A stretch of DNA of 64,000 nt from Vitrella brassicaformis CCMP3155 (taxonomy: Eukaryota; Protista; Chromerida), in NCBI GenBank assembly GCA_001179505.1, contig CDMY01000326.1, positions 55,752 to 119,751 of the forward strand, given 5' to 3'. Position numbers and translations under genes: made by a program. Shown here one piece after another: positions 63,526 to 64,000 of the stretch (position 1 is the stretch's first letter; each line of letters opens with the position of its first letter). The notes beneath the pieces were generated by a model. The model did not search any database. It was given only the letters and a program-made list of their open reading frames with translations, and was not told where the DNA came from.

Positions 63526-63670
63526 CACTCATTCCAGCCACCAACACAGATGAAAGCTATCGTGCAGCAAGATGAACGATGGACACGGGAAGCGCAGATG
63601 CCATTCGACAGGCCCGCTTTTTTTCCTCTTGCCGTCTGGAAGCCCAGCTATCTGCGAGCTCAGCTGCAAT

Positions 63671-63716
63671 CAGATCTGCTACGGAGGTTTCAGATCTGCT
63701 ACGGAGGTTTAGGGTT
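63671..63716 (+). repeat. Perfect 20-bp tandem duplication ending in a TTTAGGG motif
   Basis: cagatctgctacggaggttt x2, then agggtt. Confidence 0.9.
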
Positions 63717-63926
63717 CAGAGGGGAGATCTTCCATTTTCTCCTCAGGAGGTCTCCTTGGGCGGCAACAGGGAGCACCATCAGATCCGTCTTGTCATTCCG
63801 GTGTCAGTGATACGCGGATCTTCCCCCACCCCTGTCGTATTGGGTGAGCACTCCTCGTTCAAGGCCGGTACCGTCCTCTCGGGGAGGCGGGGCGGCCGAA
63901 CCAGGCAGTAGCCGGCCCGTGCGTCC

Positions 63927-63969
63927 TCCTCCCGGATCCTGCTACGGGCATCCTCCCGGATCCTGCTAC
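63927..63969 (+). repeat. 19-bp direct repeat with 24-bp period
   Basis: tcctcccggatcctgctac at 63927 and 63951. Confidence 0.85.
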
Positions 63970-64000
63970 CGAGCCGGCGCCTCGGGATAACACTTGGAGG

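Noticed and set aside
1-64000. CRISPR arrays, rRNA and tRNA genes
   Set aside because: No repeat-spacer periodicity or recognisable structural RNA seen; the repeats are microsatellites and gene duplications. A tRNAscan/Infernal run would be needed to exclude small RNAs.

Overview
Intron-rich, GC-rich eukaryotic genomic DNA with (CA)n/(GA)n/(GT)n microsatellites in introns and five 300-N scaffold gaps. The style resembles the chromerid alveolate Vitrella brassicaformis (inference only). Single-copy host genes: an ELMO-domain protein, a BTB protein, a membrane-protein fragment, glucose-6-phosphate dehydrogenase, a disrupted Ser/Thr kinase, an SLC6/NSS transporter, a degraded SDA1 5' fragment, a GT71-type mannosyltransferase and mitochondrial ribosomal protein mL41. 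Interspersed among them are 12 copies of one multi-exon family: coiled coil - KCTD-type BTB - second BTB-like domain - C-terminal TLDc. The copies fall into three N-terminal subfamilies (A, B, C). They show mosaic exchange of segments and 3' ends, hypervariable loops in the TLDc exon and frequent inactivating lesions, which fits a birth-and-death, variable-receptor-like repertoire. A ~7.5 kb intron-containing, decayed Helitron (HUH Rep + PIF1 helicase) also encodes an OTU-like protease and AP2-like repeats. It has a telomere-repeat hairpin at one end and sits between two direct copies of a C-spacer-A gene block. Exon boundaries were read by eye and are approximate.
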